Assembly (NCBI GenBank): GCA_965113315.1
Contig: OZ220367.1
DNA length: 64,000 bases
Origin: Podarcis vaucheri
Taxonomy: Eukaryota
Direction: 5' to 3' (one strand)
In this document: one piece after another, positions 39,154-50,590 of the stretch
How positions within the stretch are numbered: position 1 is the stretch's first letter
Layout: each line of letters begins with the position of its first letter
Program-made: the position numbers and the translations under genes
Notes under the pieces: generated by a model
The model's database searches: none
What the model was told of the DNA's origin: nothing
What the model saw: only the letters and a program-made list of their open reading frames with translations

Positions 39154-40730
39154 ATGTTGTTGTTGTTGTTGTTTAGTCGTTTAGTCGTGTCCGACTCTTC
39201 GTGACCCCATGGACCAGAGCACGCCAGGCACTTCTGTCCTCCACTGCCTCCCGCAGTTTGATCAAACTCATGCTAGTAGCTTCAAGAACACCATCCAACC
39301 ATCTCATTCTCTGTCGTCCCCTTCTCCTTGTGCCCTCCATCTTTCCCAACATCAGGGTCTTTTCCAGGGAGTCCTCTCTTCTCATGAGGTGGCCAAAGTA
39401 TTGGAGCCTCAGCTTCACGATCTGTCCTTCCAGTGAGCACTCAGGGCTGATTTCCTTCAGAATGGAGAGGTTTGATCTTCTTGCAGTCCATGGGACTCTC
39501 AAGAGTCTCCTCCAGCACCATAATTCAAAAGCATCAATTCTTCGGCGATCAGCCTTCTTTATGGTCCAGCTCTCACTTCCATACATCACTACTGGGAAAA
39601 CCATGGCTTTTACTATACGGACCTTTGTTGGCAAGGTGATGTCTCTGCTTTTTAAGATGTTGTCTAGGTTTGCCATCGCCTTTCTCCCAAGGAGCAGGCG
39701 TCTTTTAATTTCGTGACTGCTGTCACCATCTGCACTGATCATGGAGCCCAAGAAAGTAAAATCTCTCACTGCCTCCATTTCTTCCCCATCTATTTGCCAG
39801 GCGGTGATGGGCCCAGTGGCCATGATCTTCGTTTTTTTGATGTTGAGCTTCAGACCATATTTTGCGCTCTCCTCTTTCACCCTCATTAAAAGGTTCTTTA
39901 ATTCCTCCTCACTTTCTGCCATCAAGGTTGTGTCATCTGCATATCTGAGGTTGTTGATATTTCTTCCGGCAATCTTAATTCCGGCTTGGGATTCATCCAG
40001 CCCAGCCTTTCGCATGATGAATTCTGCATATAAGTTAAATAAGCAGGGAGACAATATACAGCCTTGCCGTACTCCTTTCCCAATTTGGAACCAATCAGTT
40101 GTTCCATATCCAGTTCTAACTGTAGCTTCTTGTCCCACATAGAGATTTCGCAGGAGACAGATGAGGTGATCAGGCACTCCCATTTCTTTAAGAACTTGCC
40201 ATAGTTTGCTGTGGTCAACACAGTCAAAGGCTTTTGCATAGTCAATGAAGCAGAAGTAGATGTCTTTCTGGAACTCTCTGGCTTTCTCCATAATCCAGCG
40301 CATGTTTGCAATTTGGTCTCTGGTTCCTCTGCCTCTTCTAAATCCAGCTTGCACTTCTGGGAGTTCTCGGTCCACATACTGCTTGAGCCTTCCTTGTAGA
40401 ATTTTAAGCATAACCTTGCTAGCATGTGAAATGAGTGAAATTGTGCGGTAGTTGGAGCATTCTTTGGCACTGCCTTTCTTTGGGATTGGAATGTAGACTG
40501 ATCTTCTCCAATCCTCTGGCCACTGCTGAGTTTTCCAAACTTGCTGGCATATTGAGTGTAGCACCTTAACAGCATCATCTTTTAAAATTTTAAACAGTTC
40601 AGCTGGAATACCATCACTTCCACTGGCCTTGTTATTTGCAGTGCTTTCTAAGGCCCATTTGACTTCACTCTCCAGGATGTCTGGCTCAAGGTCAGCAACC
40701 ACACTACCTGGGGTGTACGAGACATCCATA
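39154..40730 (-). mobile_element. BovB (RTE clade) LINE, 5'-truncated, recent insertion
   Basis: Uninterrupted RT frame running directly into a (CAA)n tail (tgttgttg... 39155-39173 on +). Candidate 7-bp TSD TATAATA at 39147-39153 and 40731-40737. Endonuclease domain absent. Confidence 0.95.
39173..40729 (-). CDS. BovB reverse transcriptase ORF (518 aa, N-terminally truncated)
   Basis: Non-LTR RT motifs KASGSDGIPAELFK, NYRTISL, QAGFR, FIDYAKAFD, GVRQGCILSP, LRYADD, FTFLGS. BovB-type C-terminus RALVHGVTKSRTRLND. Confidence 0.85.
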   Translation of the reverse strand: MDVSYTPGSVVADLEPDILESEVKWALESTANNKASGSDGIPAELFKILKDDAVKVLHSICQQVWKTQQWPEDWRRSVYIPIPKKGSAKECSNYRTISLISHASKVMLKILQGRLKQYVDRELPEVQAGFRRGRGTRDQIANMRWIMEKAREFQKDIYFCFIDYAKAFDCVDHSKLWQVLKEMGVPDHLICLLRNLYVGQEATVRTGYGTTDWFQIGKGVRQGCILSPCLFNLYAEFIMRKAGLDESQAGIKIAGRNINNLRYADDTTLMAESEEELKNLLMRVKEESAKYGLKLNIKKTKIMATGPITAWQIDGEEMEAVRDFTFLGSMISADGDSSHEIKRRLLLGRKAMANLDNILKSRDITLPTKVRIVKAMVFPVVMYGSESWTIKKADRRRIDAFELWCWRRLLRVPWTARRSNLSILKEISPECSLEGQIVKLRLQYFGHLMRREDSLEKTLMLGKMEGTRRRGRQRMRWLDGVLEATSMSLIKLREAVEDRSAWRALVHGVTKSRTRLND

Positions 40731-41611
40731 TATAATAGTATACTGCTAATTTATTTTATACCTTGCCCATCTGACCGGACTGGGTTGCCCCAGCCACTAT
40801 GTGCGGTATCCAACAAAGATACCCCAAAAAAGTATGCCTCCTTTAGAGCCAAACTTTCTTGCAGAGGTGGAGATTTTCCAACTAAAAAATAAAAGACCAT
40901 TTTCCTCCCATTTCCCTCTGCCTTATTCTGTATCTTGCAGTGAAAAGGCAAGACCAGACTAACGTTCTGTCGGTCACAGCCTGGAGGATACTGGGTACAG
41001 CTCTTGAACTGCCTGCATGCCTTACTATCTGCTCCAATGGCCTGCCCCCAGTTTTCACATCCTGTTCTCCTTCCTTATCAGGGCTTAGGGGCAGGGCGAG
41101 CTGGGGCATGGGGCACTGCAGGGTGGCTGAGGAGGGGGCAGCGAACAGACACAGGTCCCACACTGCCTTTTCAGACAACATGGTGCCTGTCGGTGCCCAA
41201 GCCACCGCGTCACTTCCAGGAGAGATGCATGGCTCAGGCGAGCTGCAGGCACCGCTGTAAGTGCCGCCCCCACGGTAAGTGGCCACCTCATGTGACCCCC
41301 CAGAGTGTTCTTTATTCTCATTTGTGTGTTTTTAAAAAGCAAACAAAAAGTATTTGAATTCTAGATCTTGGAAGCAAATGTGCTCTGCAAAATAAATCCT
41401 GCATTGCACAGTTTTGTTTTGGTTTTTTTGCATATTTTGGCACACACAAATCTCATTGTGCTCTGATTATGGTAACTACCTGTGAATGGACCCTAGTTTT
41501 CTGGTGCCTTGCAAGCTAATCCCTGAGATTCAGTTTTTAAAATAGTTTTTGAAAGTGTGTTTCTAGCCTTCGTGTTTACTGCTATGTTTGGCTACGTGCA
41601 ACAAGCCATGC

Positions 41612-41968
41612 GGGACGTGGGTGGCGCTGTGGGTAAATCCTCAGCGCCTAGGGCTTGCCGATCTCATGGTCGGCGGTTCGAATCCCCGCGGCGGGGTGAG
41701 CTCCCGTCTGCGATCCCAGCTCCTGCCCACCTAGCAGTTCGCAAGCACCCCTAAAGTGCAAGTAGATAAATAGGTACCGCTTTCTAGCGGGAAGGTAAAT
41801 GGCGTTTCCGTGTGCTGCGCTGGTGCCGGCTCACTAGAGCAGCTTCGTCACACTGGCCACGTGACTCGGAAGTGTCTCCGGACAGCGCTGGCCCCTGGCC
41901 TCTAGAGTGAGATGAGCGCGCAACCCTAGAGTCGGACACGACTGGCCCGTACTGGCAGGGGTACCTTT
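41612..41968 (+). mobile_element. Sauria SINE, full length
   Basis: tRNA-like head (GGTGGCGCTGTGGG ... GGTTCGAATCC), BovB-derived 3' segment AGAGTCGGACACGACT, and ACCTTT end. Perfect 12-bp TSD AACAAGCCATGC at 41600-41611 and 41969-41980. Confidence 0.93.
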
Positions 41969-43279
41969 AACAAGCCATGCCGGATAAAGGTGCTGCATGC
42001 AGCTTTTAAAGGGCAGGCATTAGTGCAGGAGCTTAGGCATTCCTGTCATCTCCACAACACCATTTTACTGGGAGGAGCCTTCTCTGAATATTATCGTCCT
42101 GCTGGTATCTTGGGACCCAGGATCATCAGCTGTTCATCTGCATTTGCTAGATTCTCATTCACTTGGTTCCCTGCTCTCTCCCTAGCTAGGCTGCCTGTGC
42201 CGCGTGGCTGTTTTCTCAACTCTGCCTACACAAGTTGTGTTTGTGAGGGCTTAGCCAGATTACTAAGTAACACTTCCTGGAACTTGCTATAAGCATTCAC
42301 TTGGCCCCCACACAGTATTTGGTTTCCTGCTTTGGCTAGCCTGAAACCTATTAGGAGCTTTAACGTGTAGATTCTTCTGTTTAAATAAAAACACAGCAGT
42401 TTCTCTCTTTCTCACCTCCCACCCACCTTCTCCAGGTCAGAGTCACAGTCCTGCTTAAGAAAGAAAGAGAGATTAAAGATCTTTCTTTTGAGTTATAAAG
42501 GTCTAATAAACAGACTGGCTGTGGGAAAAATAATTATCAACATGTAAGTCATTTTCACAGCCCCAGGCTGGCTGAAAACATGTTAGGATCATTGGGGCCT
42601 CTTTGGTTAGCGTGTTGGGACTAGGACTTGGCACACCAGGGTTCAAATCCTGACTCAGCCATAAAGTTCACTGAGTGACCTTCGGTTCCTTGGAGGAAAG
42701 GAAAGGTGGGACTCTCAGAAAAATTGTGTGTGCTGTAACTTGATAAAAGTGCATGGCAGCCTAGCAGCATCAGCACCACAAAATGCCAGGGAAGAACAGG
42801 TGAGTGAAGATCTACATCAGTTGGGGGGGAGATAAAGATTTACATTGGAATCTACTGCTGTTGTGGATCCTGCCGCCCGAGGCAATTCCCTACCTTGCCT
42901 CATGGGTGGGCCAGCCTTGCAGCCTAGACACAACTCGGTGTCCTTGGTTCTGTGTCAGGAAATACACCTTCTTCCTACAACTACCATGAGCTCATCTACA
43001 CCATACAGTCAAGGCAATGGCTGCTCCCAAAGGACTTTGGGAACTGTGGTTTGTTGAGGGTGCTCATGAGGGGGAAACGACTGTTCCTGGGATTCTTTGG
43101 GAGAAGCCATGTGCTTTGAAAGAATGATGCGGATCTGACCTTAGTGAAGAGGCCCAGAATATCTTCTAGCTCTTTGAGATGGACAGAGCAACCCACATCT
43201 ATGAGAGGAGGAGACATAGAGTACATAGCTGGATAAGAAACTAATGACTTACAGGCACAGGCTATTTGTCCATCTAGGC

Positions 43280-43415
43280 TAGGCATCCCCAACCTTCGGG
43301 CCTCCAGATGTTTTGGACTACAATTCCCATCATCCCTGACCACTGGCCCTGTTAGCTAGGGATCATGGGAGTTGTAGGCCAAAACATCTGAAAGGCTGCA
43401 GGTTGGGGGTGCCTG
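43280..43415. mobile_element. hAT-type palindromic MITE
   Basis: TAGGCATCCCCAACCT...AGGTTGGGGGTGCCTG with internal actacaattcccatcatcc / gggagttgtag inverted pair. Perfect 8-bp TSD ATCTAGGC. Confidence 0.88.
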
Positions 43416-44627
43416 ATCTAGGCAAACCCAAGATTGCTTTCCAGGGTCTTGGGCACTTGCTACCTGATTCTTATAACTGGAGATGCCCTGGCTTGAACCT
43501 TAGCCCTTCTTCAGGCCAAACACCTGCTCTCTACTCACTGACCTATGGTTCCTCCCCAGTCTTTCTCTGATCACAAAGCTGACTTCATTGCTACTTTTTC
43601 TCCTAACTTAGGCTTCTTTCCTCCCTCCCTCCCTCGTTTTGCTTTCCCTTGGATTTTATACTGAGAATTTCTCTTAGCCCCTTTTTATCTTCAATGAGCT
43701 TAGCAAGCGTTCCCTAATTAACATAGAGGTTAAACCTAAACTCGAGTTAATTTGGGTTATTGGAAAGCAGCTTGGAATTTTGAAGGTGCAGGCGTGTGAA
43801 AAAGAAGGGAGAAAGATGGGCAAGAAACCGAGGCCTTCCTCTGCAGCTGTTTGCACTGCAGACAACTCCCTGCAGGGTGCCTGTTAGATGTCAGGCAAGA
43901 GATCCTAAAGGCAGGTGGGGGATGAGACAGGCTGGCAGGTCAGTAGCAGACAGGCTGTGATCAGGTTGACCGTAAGCCAGAAACCTGGAGGTATGGAACA
44001 TGAGCTGCCTTGCACTGAGTCAGACCTGTCTAGCTCTGTGTTGCCTACACAGACTGGCAGCAGCCTGCAGGATTTCCGGCACTGGTCTCTCCCAGCCTTA
44101 CCTGGGGGTGGAACCTGGAACCTTTCGCATTTAAACCAGATTCTTTGTCACCTAGCTATGGCCCTTAGCCACCTCACTCAAGCCCCTGCCCCTGCCCCCA
44201 TTATGCAGTGCCCAGACTGATGGAAGACAGGGGGTCTGTGGGCCTTAATAGCACCTGATCAGGTCTCCACAAGCACCTGGCTTTCTATGTCAAGAGGATG
44301 GATCACAGGCTTCTTAAGGAACGGCCTATAGAATTCTGCCCTCCCCCAGCTAGCAGGCTTGTTGATGTGTGGATTTGGTGTGCTCCTGGTTTATTCTATG
44401 GTATTTAGCAAGATTTATATACCACTTACTTGAAAAATAAATCAACAGTCTGCATAAGCAATGGATCCACATGGCTTTGTATTCAATTCAGGACCTGTGA
44501 CCATCCCTGGACACTTTTTATATGCACAGTAATGATGAGGCGAACAGCAAGAAATGGTTTGGTGGGATATTGTGTGAGCTCTATGGCTGTAGTATTGCAT
44601 AACCCAGACCCATAAAATGGGTGAGTA

Positions 44628-45623
44628 CCGTACTTTTCCGTCTATATGTCATCCCCGTGTATAAGACCCCCCCCTATTTTGGGGACTCAAGTTTTAAGAA
44701 AACGAGTTTCCCCGCCATCCCACCCTTGCTGTGTGGGAAACAAGACCACAAACACATTTTCTGGACTTCCAAGAGCATCTTCACAGTTTTCAAATATGGG
44801 GGACCAGGAGGAGCAACCTATCATTCAATATCCACCAGTTCTACTTCAAAGAAAAGTTTTGCATTTGGTGGAATTTTGGCATCCAGCTGCCCTTTCTTCC
44901 CATAAGCCCATTCTGGTTCGATTTCCAGGTGAGCAGTCTCCCCTTTGCTCATGGTCAGCAGAGCTTCGTCCCAGCCTCGTATCACTTTTCCAACGCTGAC
45001 TTTGAAGCTCAGTGGTTTTGCAGCTTTCTTTTTCTTTGAACTTGTTTGAATATTACTATCGAAGACTGTTCCATCTTGCAGCTTCCCTGCATACCAACAT
45101 TGAACAACATCACCCTTTTGGGGAAAGTTGATTTTATCCCCCTTCTTAAGTACTGACTTTGTATATTTTGGGGGGCCCTCATCCACAGCTTCCTCAGGCT
45201 TTGTCTCCTTGGGCTTCTCCTCATCAATTTTGACATTTTTCACTTGCTCTGCTACATGCTCTGGACTCTCAGTACCATGAAATCTCTTGGTTTCAAATAG
45301 CTCATTATATGCCATGATCAGCTGCTCCTTACTGGCTGTCTTGGCCACATTTTTTATCTGTCCTAGTAGTTTGTGCTCTGACAGGAACTTGTGCGCCGCC
45401 TGCTCCTGCAGGAAGCAGACAATCTCCTTCCTGGGCAGGGTGTCTCCGCGGAGCTCCTCAGGGCTCCAGGGCTGCGTGGGGGCCGCCATGGCATCACCTC
45501 CTTGCAAGCGTCGCCGCCTCACACAAGCGAGGGCTCCCTCACGAAGCCAGGACTCATGACCCCAGTTTTTTGACACAATTTTTAAGTCAAAAAAACCCTC
45601 GTCCAATACACGGGAAAATACTG
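44628..45623. mobile_element. Tc2/pogo-like non-autonomous TIR element containing the FKBP3 cDNA copy
   Basis: Left end TA|CCGTACTTTTCCGTCTATA; right end TACACGGGAAAATACTG|TG (reverse complement CAGTATTTTCCCGTGTA). Arms 44628-44702 and ~45556-45623 align by eye with the two halves of the empty element at 6643-6798. Confidence 0.8.
44821..45489 (-). CDS. FKBP3: Intronless FKBP3 (FKBP25, peptidyl-prolyl isomerase) retrocopy, 222 aa, ORF intact; retrogene or young processed pseudogene
   Basis: [14 protein letters not shown]...[14 protein letters not shown]...[15 protein letters not shown]...[31 protein letters not shown]...[26 protein letters not shown]. This covers the N-terminal helical bundle plus the FKBP domain with the FKBP25 basic loop. 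ATG at 45489 is in a gccATGg Kozak context. No introns, whereas vertebrate FKBP3 is multi-exon and not normally next to SUFU. Confidence 0.93.
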   Translation of the reverse strand: MAAPTQPWSPEELRGDTLPRKEIVCFLQEQAAHKFLSEHKLLGQIKNVAKTASKEQLIMAYNELFETKRFHGTESPEHVAEQVKNVKIDEEKPKETKPEEAVDEGPPKYTKSVLKKGDKINFPQKGDVVQCWYAGKLQDGTVFDSNIQTSSKKKKAAKPLSFKVSVGKVIRGWDEALLTMSKGETAHLEIEPEWAYGKKGQLDAKIPPNAKLFFEVELVDIE

Positions 45624-46634
45624 TGGGGAAACAGCTCCCTTAAATCCAGGGAGGTTCTTTGTGGCCTTCCATGAGGACAATGTACCGGTAATATCGATGA
45701 ATGAACGACAAAGCCTCAAATCAGCTCACCAGCCTGCATTCTGCCATGGAAAGAGCATCTGGTTTGAGCAAAGCTATTCTGGGCTTTGAAGCTCAGTAGG
45801 TGGCCTTGAGCAAGGTGTGTGTGCTCTCAGCCTAACCTACCTTTCAGGCTTGCTGGGAGGATAAATGAGGCAAGAGCTGCAGAGCATTGCACACTCTGAA
45901 AACTGCTAGAGAACTAAATCGCATTAGTTGAATTTCCTTCTGGGTTTGAAGGTTGAACATGGCAATACTTTGCATGCTGTATGTCCTTGGGTGCCCCTCT
46001 GCTTTTTAAAAAGGTATTGGGTAGTGGAGCTGGAAAGGACTTAAAAGCCTTTAGAGGGGAGGCCAGACTTCAGACTTGTAGTACCTATTTTGTGTTTGAC
46101 TTGAACCTCAAGATCTGCCACCTGGGGCCAGGTGTAAAAGACATACACTTAAGATGAAAGAATAGGGTACTTTGAAGTAGCTGCTGAGCACAAGGATTTG
46201 TTTTGAGTACCAACTGAACTTACAGTCCTCCTGCATCAAAATCCATTCCTGGTTAACCCAAGTGTTCTTAATTGGATCTGAAAGAAGGAGCCATTCAGTT
46301 GTTGCCATTGCCAAACAATTGGGAGTCAGAATTCTTGTTGATCTACTGCAGATCACAAGGAGAGTTACCAGTAGATCCTGATCTACCTTCTGCCCTGCCC
46401 TGGCCTATAGCCATGCCCACTTTAATGCCTTTCCCCTAACATATTGGGGAAGCGACAAAAGATCATTCGGCAAGCTGTGCATTTTCTTCTTTGTAGCCAT
46501 CAATGTGTCATAGTAGCTATAGCAAGATAACTGACATAGTCACCCACCCATTATGGGCTCTAATAATCAATGGCTGGAAAATGATCTGTAGGGTTGGGTA
46601 TGAGTTGAAATGTTTCAATTAGTTGAATGGAGGA

Positions 46635-46848
46635 AGGACATATCTCAGTGGCAGAGCACCTGTCATGCACGCAACAGGTCTCAGGTTCAATCCCTAGCAG
46701 TGGTCTTGTTGTTATTAATTGAATTTATATCTCCAGATACGGCTGGAGAGACTCCCACCTGAAAGCCTGGAGAACTACTCCCTTTCTGTGCAAACAATGC
46801 TGAGCTAGATGGAGAAAAATCTAACTTGCTATAAGGCGTCTTACTATG
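46635..46848 (+). mobile_element. Degenerate tRNA-derived SINE; related copies on - at ~43995-44166 and ~43430-43555
   Basis: ctcagtggcagagcac...caggttcaatccc supply A/B boxes. Body ends tgctgagctagatgga...tataaggcgtcttactatg. Confidence 0.6.
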
Positions 46849-48180
46849 AGTCAACTTTCTGAGTTCCAGGAAAAATTGGGTGCAGCTCGGTTTAGGAAGA
46901 ATGGAGGATCAATTCTAGAGCTCCTTGCAGCCATCCCAGTGTCCTCGGGAAATTTGTGAAGCAACTGGCTTCATTGCTCTGCTGAGAGGCAGTATTGGGT
47001 AATGGGGGATCAACCCTTTTTTTCTGAGACAGCATTAATGTGTTGCTAATGATCTGGGATTTTTAATGGGTGGCCTGGATGAAAGAACTAATCCTACAGT
47101 GCTTGACCCTTCCCAGCCTGCGACCCCATACCACCAAAGGAAATAGATGGGGATAGCTGCTCACTCCTTCCCTCTCTGCTTAGAAAGGGTCACAACCTCC
47201 CAAGGCCCATTTGTGATCTCCCCCCCCCAAAGGTCATGACCCTCGGAATAAATGTGTTGGCCAAAGGAACGAGCACTCCGGATGTTGGCAGGGAGGAGAG
47301 GAGATTTTATTCTTTCCCATCTTAATTAGTCTGCTTTGATTGACTAAAATTCTGGGCACCCGAAAGGGCCTTAGTTTTGTAAGAGCCCTCAAGAAGAAAT
47401 ACCTTCTCATCAGGGACATACAGTTCTGCAGCCCAAGCTCTGAGCCCTTTAGTCAAAGCAAGGACTGAGCCATTGTTTAAGATCCATTGAGCAGAAGGGA
47501 ATATATGACTCAACGTCATTCTCCAACCACTGGGAAAGCTCTGTGGTGATTGGGAATGGAGGGTCTTTTGGGGGGAAGAAATACTGGATGTGACCCCAGG
47601 CAGAGGTCGGCTGTGTGTCTGAAAGATTTAGCCCTGGTTGACAGTGTCTAATTGTTTTTCATTAATTGTGACACAGAGTGAATGGCAGGGCCTTATGGTC
47701 ACGTTGGGGTGCTGCATGAGACTCTGAGGCCCTTTCCTGCCAATCTCTGCTATGACAAATGTTTCTTGTTCTACCTGATGCTCAGTAAGGTGCCCCAAAT
47801 CAGATATCTTCCCGTGGACAAAGGACAGGCAGTGCAAGGGACTGCCGGCTTTCAAGCTTTACCATACAGGCAGATTGAACATGGTCACTGCTTTCCTTTA
47901 ACTGCTATTGTTCAGTTATAAGGAGGTGCAATGCATTTTTAATTGGGTGATTGCATAATTGCAAATTTTCTTTTTATAGATATATAAAAAGTATGTCCTG
48001 CCCCTGATCACTAGTGATAATGGAACGAGTCACAACAGTTTTCAAATTCAGAAACTAATAAAAGTAAAAATACATTTCAATGTGCCCAAGTCAAAAGTCC
48101 TGGCAGTAAAGGAAGGTCTTCAGCTGGCGCTGAAAGACAGACCAAGTAGAAACCAAATGAGTCTGGGAGAGGAGAGTGCT

Positions 48181-48240
48181 CCACAACAGGAGTGCTCTTG
48201 CCAAGAAGGCCCACAACAGGAGTGCTCTTGCCAAGAAGAC
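48181..48240. repeat. 30-bp tandem duplication
   Basis: ccacaacaggagtgctcttgccaagaag(g/a)c twice. Confidence 0.9.
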
Positions 48241-50094
48241 CCTTTGGTGAGTTGTAGATCTCCTGATCTCAGCTGAGGGGGACCCCACCAGAAGGGCCTT
48301 CCCAACCAGCCTCACAGTCCAGGGAAGAGTATTGGGGAAGAGACGTTCCTTCAGATTTCCAACCATTCCAAATTGGGATTCCTCACCTGCTGCATCTGAC
48401 CAAAAGCCCCACCTTATCTAGCATCTCACCCAACATTGGCCAACTAGGTGCCTATGAGAAGCCTGCAAGTCATACCATGGTTAAGAGTATATGGCTAGTA
48501 CTAGAGGTCCAAAGTTCAATTCTTGCCCAGCCTTGAAGCTCACTGATGGGTAGGCTTAACATATTATTAAAGAACAGAATTGCCAAACATATAAAAGAAC
48601 AGGTCTTGCTACAAGCAGACAAAAAACAGTGGGGCTTCCATAAGAAGAGCCAGCACGGCTGCCTATTAGGTTTTGCTGTTGGTATTATGATACAATACGG
48701 AAAAGGTTGAACTCTATGTGGTGTGTTTTCCAATACCATAGACTCTACTTCTTACTCAGCAAAGAGTTCTAGGAATCCATTCCAAATCAAATGAAAACTT
48801 CCTTACTTTTGCATTTTACTGGACAGAATCTTCTTATGGGCTGCCAGTTGCAAGGTCCACAATACCAGATATGTCATGGGATTTCCAGTGTTGGGGAACT
48901 ATCATTTGATATTTGTGTGACCCCCTGGAGCCATCTCTTCTGCTCTTCCGTCACCCATCAGTCAACAGGTCTAATATGGTATGAACATCCTCTGATCCAG
49001 GTTGTCTAAGACCAAACCAATTCTGTTTTCTCTTCAAGCAGATTCTGGTCCTGTCTCTTTAAAACAGTCACTATGGGATCTTAAAACTACCTTTAATAGA
49101 AAGCTCACTGATGGAAAAAATGGCCTGTGGAAACATGGGGCTAAACCTGCAACTTATGCAAGGGTCACGTTCCAGGGATCGCACCCTCAAGCCAAAATCG
49201 CGTAGAAGCAGAAGACATTGGGTGCAATGGTGGATACGATTGTCAAAGTCCCTTTTCCTGGATTCCACCCCCTTTCCATTTAAAATATATATTTTGCCAA
49301 GCGCGTAAAGCTGAATGTGCGTAAGTTGCAGGCTTACTGTACCAATTCTCTGCTTGTGACATATGTTGCACAACTCTGTTGAAAAAGCATGGGTTTGATT
49401 AAAATGGGGCTGCCTTGTAGACGAGTTCCCTGCCTTCATATTCAGCACCTCAGCCTAGATATAGAGATATTAATCAGAAATCCTTGGGAGGGAGGTCAGC
49501 AAATTGCCATTTCCCATCCCTCCTCTGTTTAAATTAGTTTCAGACCAGTAGCTGCTTCCTGTGGCTATTGGATTCTTAGCACTTGTCTCTTCAACATCTT
49601 ACCCTGCTGCACCCCACTGACAAGTATTCTCCACTGTAGGAGAGAGAGAGAGAGATACCTAAGATCTGTGGGAAAGAAGTAGATGGCAGCTCCTGTGGTC
49701 CCCCTCCCATCTGAATTTCATTAGAAGCACCTTCTGGCTAACCAGTTTCTCATTAATAATGGAATTGTTCAGAGCAGGTGCTCATCTGTATGTCTGCTGA
49801 ATCTTTGTTTACTGTTAACTGTTCACTTGCAAGGGATTTAAACACCAATGTCCGGGAGTAATTTACTATCCTGTGGCACTGCAGGATATATTTTTGTCCT
49901 TTCTGAGTTGGTACACCAAAGTGTTTACAATTCAGTACGCAACTTTTATCACTTTGTGGCTCAGCACATAGACATGGGACATATTTTTGCCCAGGTCTGA
50001 GCAAGTTCCTCCAGAAAATCTTTGAATATTACTGGACCTTTCTTCAACCAGCCTCGGTTACCATGAAGTCTAGCAGGTTTTCCATCCCACTGTC

Positions 50095-50590
50095 CCTTGC
50101 CTTGAGATCCCACAGTAGTTATTACAATCATGGCAATCACCTTCGTTCTTACAGAGGGTTGCACATGTCTTGCGGCACGGATCCTTTCCCCCCAAATCTG
50201 GAAGGGAAGACTGTGGAGGTGCATCATGAGGGAGGAACTGAGGTCAGCTTTCAGCACTTCTGTTGGGTTTCCGTCTTGTCCTGGTGCTTTACCACCTGCT
50301 TAGGAGTTGATGGTGTCCTTCAGTTTATCAGGGGAAGGGACGGAGGGATATTCAGCTCTTTCAAGACAGGCAGAGTCTGGATGCTGTCAATTGCTATGTC
50401 AGAGACCCATGTTTTCCCATGAGTACAGTTCTTACTAATGCTCTACCCATCACTTCATCTGCTTGCTATGGTCTGCAATGATCTTTCTAGACAAGGTTTT
50501 CAGCAGTGCAGTTTTCCTGGCGGCTGGTCCAAAGGCTTTCTTCACATTCAACACTCTTCAAGCAGACTGTGTTGTTTTGCTTGCAGTTAA
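50095..50590 (-). mobile_element. Old, frameshifted RTE-clade LINE fragment
   Basis: Across shifted minus frames: AIDSIQTLPVLKELNIPP...GKAPGQDGNPTEVLKAD...HLHSL..QIWGE...LCKNEGDCHDCNNYCGIS, the pre-RT region of an RTE ORF. Confidence 0.7.

Noticed and set aside
39201-40578. Several overlapping ORFs (171, 133 and 218 aa etc.)
   Set aside because: Antisense or alternate-frame shadows of the BovB RT ORF.
45490-45606. 39-aa N-terminal extension of the FKBP3 ORF (MDEGFFDLK...) in the ORF track
   Set aside because: It starts at TTG inside the transposon arm. The homologous start with Kozak context is the ATG at 45489.
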